Part shown: positions 11,855 to 24,401 of the stretch, in pieces
How the letters are laid out: every line of letters starts with the position of its first letter
How positions within the stretch are numbered: the first letter of the stretch is position 1
Assembly: GCF_000743755.1 (NCBI RefSeq)
Contig: NW_014569453.1
Location: 1-33,387, forward strand
DNA length: 33,387 bases
Reading direction: 5' to 3'
From: Blastocystis sp. subtype 4
Taxonomy: Eukaryota
Notes under the pieces: generated by a model
Seen by the model: only the letters and a program-made list of their open reading frames with translations
Databases searched by the model: none
Told to the model about the DNA's origin: nothing
Made by a program: the position numbers and the translations under genes

Positions 11855-12461
11855 TTACTTGGCCTTATCAAGAATGATACCATCATACTGTTTCTTGAAC
11901 CATTCCATGGCATCCTCACGAGTTACCTTATGAGAATAACCAATTCTGCTACGTTGAGCCTTTCTCTTCGAGATACGACCACCAGGACGAGCCAACTGAA
12001 CATAGAAATCCATTCCAAAGATACCAGTATTTGGATCATACTTGATTCCAAGATCAATATGCTCCTGAATACCAAAACCAAAGTTTCCAGACTCAGAGAA
12101 GTTCTTCTTCACCAATTCATATTCTTTCACCTTCAAACCACGTTCCAAAATCTCAAGAGCCTTCTCTCCACGAATGGTGGCATGAACAGAGATCTTCTCA
12201 TTACGACGAATAGAGAAAGAACGAATCGTGAAACGAGCTAAGTATTAACAATTCCTATTCATTCAATCCCATACCCTTTCCATAGACTGGTTCTTGACCC
12301 GTAATCTGTTGAAGGACACGAGCAGCCTTCGAAACAGCATCACCTGATTCACCAACACAAATGTTGATCACCAACTTCTCAACTCGGATGTTACGCATCA
12401 CATTGGACTTCTCACTCTACAACAATGTAAGAAAGGATAATTCATCATAGAATAATACCAT
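11855..12461 (-). CDS. RPL11: 60S ribosomal protein L11 (uL5)
   Basis: [27 protein letters not shown]...[30 protein letters not shown]. Intron 12417-12458 lies directly after the ATG. Confidence 0.97.
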
Positions 12462-12673
12462 TGTGATAGAATAATAGACGTCGAAGTGTCAATTGTGATT
12501 CTATCTCAATATCACGGCGGAATCCAGTTAGCAAAACAGAGGGGGTTGGAGTATAGAGAGCAATTGTGACGTGAATATTAATAAGGCATCGTGATTCAGT
12601 AGCAGGATGTAGTCATTGACGACCTATGATCATGTAACCAATATCTGACAACATCTTTGGTTCATTATCATCC

Positions 12674-13252
12674 ATGAATCTTCCTGAGGGATGGGAATAT
12701 CATGAAAGCAGGAGATATCCTGGAAACTATTACTTCTTCAATACGTTAGTTCTTGCAGCTTTCATCATTTCTAGGTTGACAGGTGAGACAACATGGAATC
12801 CTCCACAAGTCGAGGTAGGCATTTGTTTAGTGTGTAACATAGCCTTCCCAAGTCCGAGTCTTGCATATCTTAAAGAAACATAGGTAAATATAACAGTCGA
12901 ATTGATTACATGCAGAGGATCACGACGGCCAGCATCCTGGAGAAATCCCAACATTACTTGTACCAAAGAGGAGGCAATCGCACTTCTTCGTTCTCTTCGT
13001 AACCAAATTGTCACATCTGGAAGGATTCAGGAAACATTTAGAGCTTTGGCAGAACACGAGAGTGATTGCAACAGGTAAGCATTAGATGCGGGTGTAAGGA
13101 AAAGTGCGAAACATGGAGGTGACCTTGGGAACTTTGGTAGAGGGCAGATGCAGAAACCATTTGAAGATGTTGCTTTCCGATTACACGTCGGGGAGGTTAG
13201 TGATATTGTGGAGACAGATTCTGGTGTTCATATTATATTAAGAGTTGCATAA
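12674..13252 (+). CDS. PIN1: Peptidyl-prolyl isomerase Pin1 (WW + parvulin domain)
   Basis: WW domain LPEGWE...[14 protein letters not shown]. Parvulin domain [16 protein letters not shown]...[25 protein letters not shown]...[12 protein letters not shown]. Confidence 0.95.
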
Positions 13253-13273
13253 GACGTGTGTTTGTTATAGTTC

Positions 13274-15038
13274 ATGTTTCGGAGTATCCTATCGAAACGT
13301 TTTTTGTGTGTTCCGATATTTCAGGGATCGGGACGATGTCTTTTTAGGAAGTCGTTCACTGGGAGGCCGTTGGTTTTACAGGGAGTAGTCAGTGAACAAA
13401 GGAGATGGATCAATATAAAGAAGGAATTGAAAGAAGTTCATTATTGTTCTGGGTGTGGTGCTCAACTGCAATATGGGAATGAAGCCTTGTTTGGGTATAT
13501 TCCGAGAGATGTGATGGCAAATTGTTTGGAACACGACCAAACTCCTATTTGTCAGCGATGTCACAAGGTATGAGTTCTTGTGGGTTTTTTTCTGTAGTTG
13601 CGGTACTATAATAAGGTAGAGACTGAAGATGTTCCTATTTCGATTCCAAAGGAGATTCTCGAGAGAATTCCTTTCAAGAAGCATTCTCTGATTCTGTTTG
13701 TGTGTGATGTGATGGATCTTCCTGTATATTCATTGAAGATTCATCATTCCTAGGGAAGTATCATTCCTCATCTCAACGAGTTGGTTCATAACAAGCCAAT
13801 GGTAGTTGTAGTGAACAAGGCAGATCTGCTTCCTGTAGAGTTTTTTAGTCTTCATATGAAACGTTGGGTATATAGTCTCTTTAAAGCACATCACATTACA
13901 GTAAGAGGTGGATAAAGTATGGAAATGTAGAATATCAAAGATATCTTTTTTGTGAGTTCATTGAACAATCAAGGTGTTGGGTCTGTGTTGAATTACATCA
14001 ATCATACTCCTTATAAGCATGTTTATCTTATTGGAATGACAAATTGTTTGATTAGAATGATGGAATGATATGTAGCTGGAAAGTCTTCATTCTTAAATCG
14101 CTGTATTGCCTTCTCGAAAAGCAAGGTATCTGTTATGACTCTGTTGTCACTATCATCGGAGGGAATTCAAACCAACAAAGAAGCCATGATCGCAGATGAC
14201 CATTTTGATGTCGATTATTGGAGTCCTACAGAAGATTCAAGTATCCCTCAAACCGAAGGAGATCCAGAAATGCTTACCATTTCTGCACTCCCTTCAACAA
14301 CACTTGGAGTGACAGCAGTTAAGCTTCGAAATGCCAAGTATCTCCTTTACGATACTCCAGGCATTTGTCCATCACCATATCGTGTCCGTCTATTAAGCTC
14401 TATGTTAACAGATACGCAAAAGCGGGTGAAGCAACTATTCCCTCGAAAGAAACTCATTCCAACAGTCTTCTCTTTGCATCCTGACCATTCTATCATGCTT
14501 GGATCGCTGGCATCGATTGATTATAGAGCTGTTGATAACGTGTGAATGGAGATTGACAATTATGAATAGACGAATCCTTTGATTTGCTATGCGTACACAC
14601 CACTCCCTCTCCATTTAGCCAAAACTACACGAGTTCCAGAGTTACTTCAGAAACATGCTGGAACTCTCTTTCAACCTCCATACTCAGCAGAGCAATATTT
14701 GGCAACGGGAGGGATTATTCATCAATCCGATTTTGAATTGAAACGAGTGTTCAACATTCCTAGTGAGGTGAAGAATACGCTTACACCCAACTCTCCATCA
14801 TCATTGAAGTATACAGCCTTTATGGATATTAGTATTGGTGGTTTTGGATGGATTGCAGTGTTTGCACAAGGTGGAGATAATACTAATAAAAAGTATAAAC
14901 AATTGCAAGCTGGAACGCTTTGTTTTAACGCTGTAAAGGGCTTTAATGTAGAGTAGAGGTAAACCATTGATGTTTAGATTTACCCTCGTCCTCCTTTCCT
15001 GTCAGGGATACCAGAGAAAATGTGTAAACTATCCAAAT
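13274..15038 (+). CDS. NOA1: Circularly permuted GTPase NOA1/YqeH family, predicted organelle-targeted
   Basis: Zn motif CSGCGAQLQ...CQRCH, then G4 NKAD before G1 GMTNSGKS, STTLG and G3 YDTPG. Arg-rich N-terminal presequence. The end is either poly(A)-made at 15038 or the genomic TGA at 15047-15049. Confidence 0.88.
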
Positions 15039-15254
15039 TGAATGTTTGATCAAAGACACAAATTGAAATGGGGTAATTCTTATATTCAGTTAGAATAATC
15101 GAAAAAGAAAGAATAACCCCTGGATCTATACCAATAGTCCATAGATAATCGTAGTATTTGATTTAAGAGGTAAGTAAGTGATTTCATCGGAATAAGCCTG
15201 GGTGGGAGAGACTATCAAACGATGGAAAAAGTTGAGAATCTAATTGTTTCGTAG

Positions 15255-15631
15255 ATGAGACATCTGAGTGCTTACCTGCTCCTTGTTTTGGGTGGAAATG
15301 AGAAGCCCACTGTAGGAATCAGTTGAGAAGGATTTAATTGTGTAGGCTGCTGATATCAAGAACGTCCTTGAGACCGTCGGTGCTGAGGCTGAGGATGAGA
15401 AGATCGAGAAGCTGATTGCTGATCTGGAGGGAAAGAACGTTGAGGAGTTGATCGGAAGGACTTGAGAAGCTCGTCTCCATTCCCACTGGAGGTGCTGCCC
15501 CCGCCGCTGGTGCTGCCCCTGCTGCTGCCGAGGAGAAGAAGGAGGAGGAGAAGAAGGAAGAGGAGGAGGAAGAGGAGGACATTGATATGTCTGGAGGTGG
15601 TCTCTTCGGTGATGACGATGATGACTGGTAA
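15255..15631 (+). CDS. RPLP2: 60S acidic ribosomal protein P2 (apparent frameshift at ~15454)
   Basis: [31 protein letters not shown]...[10 protein letters not shown], then [19 protein letters not shown]...EEKKEEE...[15 protein letters not shown] in a shifted frame. Confidence 0.9.
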
Positions 15632-15786
15632 ATGGATCATGCAGTTTCCTCTTAGGTCAAATGTCTTTCGTTGTTTGTTAGATGACTGTTCATATCATTT
15701 TGAAGGTTTGAATAAAATCTTGCCTGTTTTTGCCACTCAATTGAACCAGCAATTCTCCATTGTTCTTGACTGGATTGACGAGAGAG

Positions 15787-16533
15787 ATGGAAGAACCGAT
15801 CAGCAATACGGAAAGGATTTTTGTCGTTCGAAAGAATGCCATCAAGATGATTATCAAGCGGTATTAGCGCTAGTCCATTCGATTTGATTGATAGTGGTTA
15901 CATTCTTAAGAAAACGGATGATATGATTGATTATGATGCTTTTGTCAAGAGAGTATAAGTGGTTTGGGATTGATATGAATAGTTCGGAACGCTTCCTATG
16001 TATGAAGATCTCTCCGTTGTTGTAATGGATGGAAACGATGGATGATAGTCTAGGGAATGCGATTGTCGAATAAGAAGGATCGGATGTTAATTTGCTTCAA
16101 TGATTCTCCTAGTATCGGTGTATCGGTGGTGAAAGAGTGTTTCTTGTTTGGTGTAGTAATGTTTAGAATTGTGGAGAATATGCAGAAAGAAGAAATTGCA
16201 TCTGCTGTTATTATAGTCAAGAATAAAGCATCTAATTATGCAAAAATCGCCACTAAGCGATTCGAGCCTGTTTTCCACATTGATCTGTTCTCTGAAAATG
16301 ATCTTCTGGTGGACATTACGGAACACTTCCTCGTTCCTCCTCACATTTTATTAAGTGAAGCGGAGACAAAGGACTTATTAGAGCGTTTAAGTGTTCCCGC
16401 AGATAAACTGCCCAAGATTGACGTAAATGACCCTGTTTGTCGTTATTATGGATTCAAACCTGGTCAGGTTATCAAGATTATTCGGGATTCTCTGGTTGGT
16501 GGACGCACTGTTGCTTTTAGAGTTGTGATGTAG
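15787..16533 (+). CDS. RPB5: RNA polymerases I/II/III shared subunit RPB5
   Basis: LLVDITEHFLVPPHILLS...LPKIDVNDPVCRYYG...GQVIKIIRDS..GRTVAFRVV. N-terminal exons MEEPISNTERIFVVRKNAIKMIIKRGY. Confidence 0.93.
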
Positions 16534-16698
16534 AATTGTTTTCGCATTCTTGTTTGTTGTAATAGTTGTGATGTAGAATTGGTTTATCATATTTAAGCAG
16601 ATAATAGGTGTTTTGCGCCATTCGACAACCTCTATCTTTGCCTCCATCTTTTAATTTCAAACGATTCGACGTCAGGATAGTGCGGTCTAGTAGTGGTC

Positions 16699-18408
16699 AT
16701 GATGAAACGACTCACTGGTGATCGTCTTGGTAGGAGGTTATCAGAAGAGCCAAACCCTCAACTTGGAGGAGAGGGACCGAACGAACTATCGCATGTTGAC
16801 TCAGTTATCATCAATAACAGCTTTCCTCTATCTGTATCTCCCAGAGAACCGCTGTCGGAGATGGATGAGAATATTGAGAATCTCTTACAATCTCCTATAG
16901 CATCAGTGTCAGAAACGGATTCACGACGCTATTCTTCTGCATTTACTCCAATTCGAAAACGAGATCGCGAAATCTCCACGTCTCCTGTACGTAGTAGCCC
17001 ATAGTTGATGAATTATAGAGTGTATCAGTTCGAAAATCACTTCGGTTTAGTTCTTCTGTTGAATCTTCTCCCGCCATTTCTAGGAATACTTCATCCGTTG
17101 TCGATGAGTGTATGTACGAAAGAAAACTCTGATATGTAGTTGATGGAATAGATCTTACCTCAACTGCAGATCTGGTTGTGATGGCTGTCTGTGTTGTTTC
17201 TTTCTCTCAGAAATAGAATTGTCCCATGATCCACAACTCTTATGAAAAGGAATTCATTACATTGAAGCATATTGGAGAAGGCAACTTCACCTTTGTGGAT
17301 TTGGTTATAAGCAAATCTACAAATAGTCCATATGCAGTCAAGCGTAGTAAGCAGCCGATGACCAAGCATTCTGAACGGTTTTCAAGGAGATTGGGTTTGA
17401 TAAGTAGACGAAGATTACTGCGAGAAATCCGCATGTTTGAAGAAGTTCACGAATGCCCAAATCTCCTCCAATATTACAAGAGTTGGCAAGAAGACTGTTT
17501 GTCTTTTGAGAATGAGTGATATGTAGCAATCTTCTACATGTTGATGGAATGTTGCTCTAGAGGTTCTCTAACAGTAAATAAAATAGAATAGGTTCATCTC
17601 ATAGCAATTCATTCAACGAGAGAAGTGCATTCCAGAAAGCTTTCTATGGTATGTGCTGTATTCTGTCTTAGAAGTGATTACTGAATATACTACTAATAGT
17701 TAGGCACTCAAGTATCTCCATCAACACAACATTGTCCATCTCGACATTAAACCTGACAATTTGTTGTTTACTGAGATAGGAGCTCTCCGTGTTGGTGACC
17801 TCGGTTGCTCATCTCATATGGATGAAGTCTGTAGTATGAGTGATCGACGTTACATGGCATTAGAGGGACTAGAGGATGTGGTGAATCCGAAGAGAGATCT
17901 GTTCAGTCTGGGGCTTGTATTGTATGAATGCATGTCTAAAGAGGAACTTCCTCTCTCTGGAGATCGGTGGTTGGAATTGCGAAAAGGAGGGGTAAGAAGT
18001 GACTGAAGAGTTTCATTATAGGTTCAGCCGATCAGTGGTTATTCAGAGAAATTGAATCAGATTGTTCAGGATGTGAACATGAGAGTGAGTGTTGATGTGT
18101 AGATGATTCTTCCTGAAGGTACTATGACTGCTGTAGAACTGCTGAGGAGGATTCCTCCATCGGTTTCAAGCCATGTTAGTGAAAATCGAGCTTTGATCAG
18201 AACTGTAGTGAAATTGCTTGAAATGAATTGAAGGTGATGCCATCACTCGTGGAAATGAAGAAGAAACCAAAACCCAAGTTACTCCTATCTACTTCAGAGG
18301 AGGTAAATCAGACTTGAAGAGATGAGTAAATAGATGGCAGATCGTTCTGATATGACCACACCTGTTGATGTGGTCAAGAGTGCCTATTCTATGACATTCC
18401 ACTTCTAG
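16699..18408 (+). CDS. WEE1: Wee1/Myt1-like protein kinase
   Basis: IGEGNF, YAVKRSK, LREI, QYYKSWQED, IVHLDIKPDN, VGDLG, DRRYMA, LP.SGDRWLELR. SP-rich N-terminus. Confidence 0.8.
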
Positions 18409-18620
18409 TTTTTCCTGTTGTTATTCTGTTTTATCGTTTCTCTTTTGTATCTCTTTGTTTGTTTATTCTTCTCTATATATCCCTTTTTGGCTATTATGTT
18501 CTTCTGATGCCAATACCCTTGTAAATCCCGAAAAACAGATAAAAGACATTCAAAGAACCACGGGCGTTACATCGATTTTTTAAATTGGAGGCTCTTGAAA
18601 GACCATAAATCCGTATTCAA

Positions 18621-19755
18621 ATGGATCCAATTCCCAATGGAACCATGGACCGAAACATCTTCAAGCGTTCTATGCATTCGGTGAGCGATGAGAATGCTAA
18701 TGCTGTGAAGAAGCCTGCCTTGGTGAATCCACTTCAGGAAATTGGCAATTCTTCATCATATCGTATGAGAATGATGTTGAAGCCTTAGGTCTAGAAACAG
18801 TGAAGCCCTCTGTGGAATCGGTATCAGGAGCTGCGATGCAGGAAAAAGCACCCACAATGCAACAGCTTGTGGACGAACATGATAAAGATAATCAGACAAA
18901 CTTCTCTCCATATGCCCAACGGATTGTGAACAATTGGTTGAAACAAGAAGATCGATTTCGTTGTCGTCCAGATTATCTGGATGGCCAGAATGATGTGAAG
19001 AGTTATATGCGTGAAACCTTGATAGATTGGTTGGTTGATGTAAATAGTCGCTTACATCATCACCGAGAGACACTCTATCTTTGTGTCAACATAATTGATC
19101 GTTATGTCTATTATACAATTCGAGACAAGACAGATTGTGTTTCCCGTTCGGATTATCAGCTTGTAGGGATCACAGCTTATTTGATAGCAGCAAAATACGA
19201 AGAGATATATTATCCAGAGATTCATAGTCTTCTAGCCTTTGCAGATAATGCGTATACGGATGAAGATGTGAAGAAAATGGAGTTAAAGATTGTAAATTCG
19301 TTGAAATATGACTTAACAGTTCCTACAACGAACAAATTCTTAGGCCGTTTTCTTCGCGTAGAAATGGTATATATCTATTAATTTTAGTTATCTTCAAATA
19401 AGAATGTTCATTTTATGTGTTTTATGATATGTGATCGCATGCTTCAATCGATTGCTATGCTCCAGTGGAGACCTTCCATTCAAGCAGCAACTTCAATCTA
19501 TTTGGCACGGAAGTATCTTGGATATGATGACAGTTGGGTAAAATGTGATCCAACCATTTGATCGGTAGAACAAATCCTTGGAAGAATTTACAGGTGTGAA
19601 GAAGCATGAATTAATGCCATGTGCTTTGGCAATTCATGCAATTATCATGAAGCCAAATAAGTTACAAGCAGTTGCACGTAAGTATCGCAGTTCTCGTTTC
19701 AATCATATCTTTAACAGTGTTCCTATAAAATCAAATCAACCTTCATCTACTAATT
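18621..19755 (+). CDS. Mitotic cyclin (A/B type)
   Basis: Cyclin box MRETLIDWLVDV...ETLYLCVNIIDRY...YQLVGITAYLIAAKYEEIY. The end is inferred at 19755 (T+poly(A)); the genomic TAA is at 19770-19772. Confidence 0.9.
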
Positions 19756-19759
19756 CGAT

Positions 19760-19767
19760 TGTTTGTT
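19760..19767 (+). terminator. TGTTTGTT polyadenylation-positioning element (cyclin)
   Basis: Lies inside the genomic ORF. The base at -5 (19755) is the first T of codon TCG. Confidence 0.75.
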
Positions 19768-19812
19768 TATAATCAAAGAAGACTCTTCACTTTTGTTTTG
19801 ATCAAACAATTG

Positions 19813-21307
19813 AATCATGATCAATATCCCTCTCATCTTCATAAAACTCTCCTTCTTTCTGAACTATAGCATCCATTCCATTTTTGGACTCATCAATATC
19901 TTCTTCCTTCACTTCCTTATTCCATATTTCAGGCATTCGCTTCAACTGAACAGAAGGAACACTTTCCAATTCTTTCAAACGGTCTGTCACTTGTTGGCTA
20001 TTCCTCATACACATTCCTCACTCTTACATCATTGAATCCAAATAGTCACGACTATTCTGATTAACCAATGTAGGAAGAGGTACCAGATGGAGTTGATATG
20101 TTGGGGCATACCATTCAATATAATTATTGTATGGTATTTCATTAGATATTTCTTTATTCAATAAGACGGAAGTTTCATAGGACCATGCTCGGCTCACATT
20201 CTTTATTGTGTATCCACCTCCTCCGAGAACAAGTAGTGGAATATGAAGATTCCGAACAAAATCAACACAATGGGCGTGACCATGAAGAGACATGTTGAAT
20301 GTACCCAACCTATCCCCCGTAATACTGTCAGCACCACACTGTAACACTATTGCTGATGGCTGGAAATGCTTCACACAAGCTGTTACGATCTACGAATGAT
20401 TGAAATATGGAAAACTTACTGGGTCAAATACATATTGATATGATTCATCATCCATGCCATCTTTCAATGGAACATTCACTGCAAAGTTTCGACCTTCATT
20501 TATTCCAATATCGTCAATACTTCCCGTTCCTGGGAAATAATTGCCATATTTGTGGAATGAAACTGTCATTACACGATCTGTACAATAGAAGGCCTCTTCA
20601 ACACCATCACCATGATGAATATCTATGTCAATATACATTACACGTGGGAAAACTCTAAAAAGAAAGTGGAAACAGAAAAATTACTTCAACAGCTCTAAAA
20701 TGGCTAAAACGATATCATTCATATAACAAAATCCAGATGCTTCGGCTTTCTTAGCATGATGAAGACCTCCCGACCAATTCACACAAATCTGATTCCGACC
20801 TTGATTGAGACGAGATGCTGCATCTAAAGTATGTAAAAGCGTTTGAATGACGACATACCGAGAGATGCTCCGCAATAGAGACGACAATAGTTGAAAATGC
20901 CATCGAACACAGGATTGTCAACACCACTGGGAACTGCAACTACCGAATGAGTCCAACTCAGTTAATATGACATTGTTCCATTTCAGCCTGGTACTCTTTC
21001 ATGTTATTCGGAGTGATATGACTGAGAAAATCAACGTATTCTTTGGTGTGAAACACTTCCATTTCCTCCTCTGTGGCTTGGTGAGGCCTCTACGCTTTAA
21101 ATGAGTTGAAATGACCTATACATAAACCTCCAAATAACGATAGAGGTTGTATGTTAGTAGCAAATTATGAGTTAGACGAAGGCGTTGAGGTTTCATAGGA
21201 TGACCCGGTGCATAATAGTAATTGCCCATGTCACCTACACAGATTAGAAGATACATATGAAAAATCTCACTATCATAGAAATAGGCAATTCTATCAGTAG
21301 ATGACAT
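19813..21307 (-). CDS. Class I histone deacetylase (RPD3/HDAC1-3-like)
   Basis: [62 protein letters not shown]. The end is inferred at 19813 (poly(A)); the genomic TGA is at 19802-19804. Confidence 0.95.
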
Positions 21308-21413
21308 TTCGTTGTCTTTACTGAGATAAATAATGACCTTGACGCCTTAAAAACAGCCTATTTTGATGATATCGTGATAACACTTATCGCAACAAAGAAA
21401 ACACTATCTTATT

Positions 21414-22373
21414 TTATTCATTTTCTTCACTCAATAATGGATCCACCATTGCCCATGATGAAGGAATCCGAACATCCATTCCACACAGTATATCTATTAC
21501 CGAATTAACTCGTGAAAGATACTGGATAGCGTCACCGAAGTTCTGACCTTCCGTGATAAAGGCAATCTTAGAATCATCCAACAACTATATCCTTACAAAA
21601 GTCGTAAATGGAATTGAAGCCTCTATTAGTGACTTTTGCAGCAGAGGAAGCAGACCCGAACCGTTGACATCTTCTTGTGTTATCTAGAGGTGACAAAAAA
21701 AGACTAAACAAAACATTTATAGAAGGAACTTGATCCTGTATTTTGTCTAATACGCTATTGGAGGTGGTATAATAAGCAAGCCTGAAATTTAGACACTGGA
21801 AGGAAAATACGTTCCATTCATTTGAGAAGAGTCATAAAAAGTGCTATCTGCAGCAGAAAATACTACAATGCTATTCACTTGCCAGCTTTGAAGAAGAGAG
21901 AGAAGATCCTCTACGAACTGTTCTGCATATCCCTACAGAATGAGCAATAGGATCGACAGTAACATCCTTAGGTTGACTGCGGACTTGAAGAAAAGCATTT
22001 GGTGCATCCTTCATCATATATACTATATTCAAGAGTAACCGATACCAATACATTCAATTCCAGTTGTAGGACATGTATTCTCATTGACATCATCACCAAA
22101 TGCTGATACTCCAACAATTGCCTGTAGATTCGAGCAATAGATGCTTCCAACTCGTTGAATCCGATTCTATGTGACAAATAAAAGACAAGTCAACTAGTTG
22201 AATCCCACTGAAGATGACCAAATCAAGAGCCATCTGATCCACATTCCCACAAGAAATCGATGGCTAGTGAAGAATTAGCATATGTATCATACCATGAACA
22301 AAACCCCATTCTTGATTACACTATGAAACTGGTTCTCGATTTCCTCACTAGAAAAGAGAATTTTGGTAACCAT
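21414..22373 (-). CDS. PSMG2: Proteasome assembly chaperone 2 (PAC2 family)
   Basis: Spliced LFMPSISCGNVDQMALDLVI, FLQVRS, FITEGQNFGDA and C-terminal IPSSW match PAC2 motifs. Confidence 0.75.
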
Positions 22374-22400
22374 TGAATGATCTATGAAAATAAATAGAAT

Positions 22401-22473
22401 CGCCCACCGAGGGGCTCGAACCCTCGACCACCAGGTTAAGAGCCTGGCGCTCTACCGACTGAGCTAGACGGGC
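22401..22473 (-). tRNA. tRNA-Lys (anticodon CTT)
   Basis: Reverse complement GCCCGTCTAGCTCAGTCGGTAGAGCGCCAGGCTCTTAACCTGGTGGTCGAGGGTTCGAGCCCCTCGGTGGGCG forms a 73-nt cloverleaf. Anticodon loop CTCTTAA, T-loop GTTCGAG. Confidence 0.97.
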
Positions 22474-22572
22474 TTAGTAAATGTTAACATTGCTCAAATA
22501 TACAAATTGGAACTGTATAGGAAACTTGATTTGTTACTCGTTTCCTTCAGTTCAACCGCACAATCCATTGAA

Positions 22573-24366
22573 ATGATGAACAAGATGCTGAATTGTTCGC
22601 GGATTGTAGGTCAACGGATTCTCCGATACACCACTTCATTCTATGCCTTTTCAACACGAGTCATTCCAAATGATGGGAAAACACTCTCAGATTTCCTTGT
22701 GATCGTTCCATCAAGTCTTGATTCGTAGTCTTCCCAAAATATTGAAAGCATTCATTCTGAAGTCGATCCTGAGGAGAAGAAACTGTTGAATGGCCATTCT
22801 TTCGTGATTGAGACTTATGGCTGTCAAATGAATACTGCGGATAGTGGTATTATGGAGACATTATTAAGGGAAAATGGAATGGTTGTGAGTAAGGATGAGG
22901 CTACTGCCGATGTGATCATCATGAATACGTGTTCTGTACGAGAACATGCTGAAATGAGAGTACTTCTTTGATTCATACTTTACCATAGATTTGGAATCGA
23001 CTCACCCAGTTTCGTCATCTCGACAATAAAAAGAAGAAGCATACTGTAGAACTGTGATTTGTCATTCCTATATAGATCCTTTGTGTATCGGGCTGTATGG
23101 CTTCTCGTCTCCAGAGCCGTCTTCTCGATTCTGGTGTGGATGTGGTCATTGGACCTGATTCTTATGCCCATCTTCCCTCTCTCCTCATACAAGCAATGGT
23201 TCATGGCAAACAGAGTTTTGATACCAATCTGAACGCATCGGAAGTGTATTCAGCAATTCATCCTTTGTTTCTCGATCCACAGCCATCCACTCAACTCACA
23301 ATTATGCGAGGTTGTGATAATATGTGCTCATATTGCGTGGTTCCTTATACTCGAGTACTATCTCTGAGTGGAGTTGATTCTAGGGTCGAGAACGCAGTGT
23401 TCCATTTAAGGATGTTCTGGATTCTGTAAAGCGAATTCGGGATCATGGATACAAAGAAGTGATGCTTTTAGGACAAAATGTCAATTCCTACCATGATGAG
23501 TACTCTATCTTTGTCTCTCTTATTCAGATCTTCCTCTAAATCTATCGTCTTTCCAGAACTGTTACAGTGTGTTGCTGAAACAGTTCCAGAGATGCGAATT
23601 CGATTCATGTCACCTCATCCTAAGGTATGATCATGTTTTAATCTTACTGTTAGGATTTCCCCATGGACACACTTCAAGTGATTCGTGATCATCGGAACAT
23701 TTGTCGATCTCTTCATCTTCCACTCCAATCTGGTAGTGATTCCTGTTTGAAACGTATGAATCGACCTTATAATCGTGATGGGTTCCTCAGGCTTGTTTCT
23801 GACATTCGTTCGATTCTCCCTGATTGCAGTTTAAGCACGGATGTGATTACAGGTTTTTGTGGAGAGACGGAAGCAGAACACCAGGACACTCTCGATTTGA
23901 TGCGCCAAGTGTCTTTTGATCATGCTTTTATGTATTTGTTTAGTATGCGTGAAAACACTCATGCATGGAGATGTTACAAGGACGATGTCAGTTTAGAAGT
24001 GAAAAAGCGGAGATTAGCAGAAATCCAGAATGTCTTTTATGAGTCTCTCCAGGCTAAACTCGAAGGATTACGAGGAAGAGAAGAATTAGTACTAGTAGAG
24101 GGACAAAGCAAGCGAAGTACGCCAGGAGCCATTCAATACAAAGGACGATGTGATGGAAACCGAATGTGTGTATTTGATTGTATGAAATGTTGTCAAATTG
24201 ATGAATAGCCACACCTGTTTATGTCTCCAAGGAAGCATTCTTGGAGGAAGGAAAGCAAACGGATTCGATCGAAGTGGGTGACTATATTGCCTGTAAGATT
24301 ATCACACCAGGTACAGGAACACATATTGTGAAACCGTTGTTCAAAACTATTCTTCGAGAATATTAA
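22573..24366 (+). CDS. CDK5RAP1: tRNA methylthiotransferase MiaB/CDK5RAP1 (radical SAM, organelle-targeted)
   Basis: [32 protein letters not shown] (CxxxCxxC), [31 protein letters not shown] at 24364-24366. Confidence 0.92.
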
Positions 24367-24401
24367 GAGTTGTTTGTTTCTCGCAAAACAGAGTTGAAGG
24401 A

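Noticed and set aside
13284..13324. GTATCCTA...CAG, a possible 41-nt U12 intron in NOA1
   Set aside because: Removal would shift the frame into a stop, and there is no branch consensus.
15334..15887. Poly-Arg, poly-Ser and poly-Leu ORFs
   Set aside because: They are alternative-frame and antisense shadows of the RPLP2 GAG/AAG-rich acidic tail.
22401..24366. tRNA-Lys next to a tRNA methylthiotransferase
   Set aside because: The enzyme is MiaB/CDK5RAP1-type with an organelle presequence and acts on i6A37 tRNAs, not cytosolic tRNA-Lys(CTT). The adjacency is likely coincidental.
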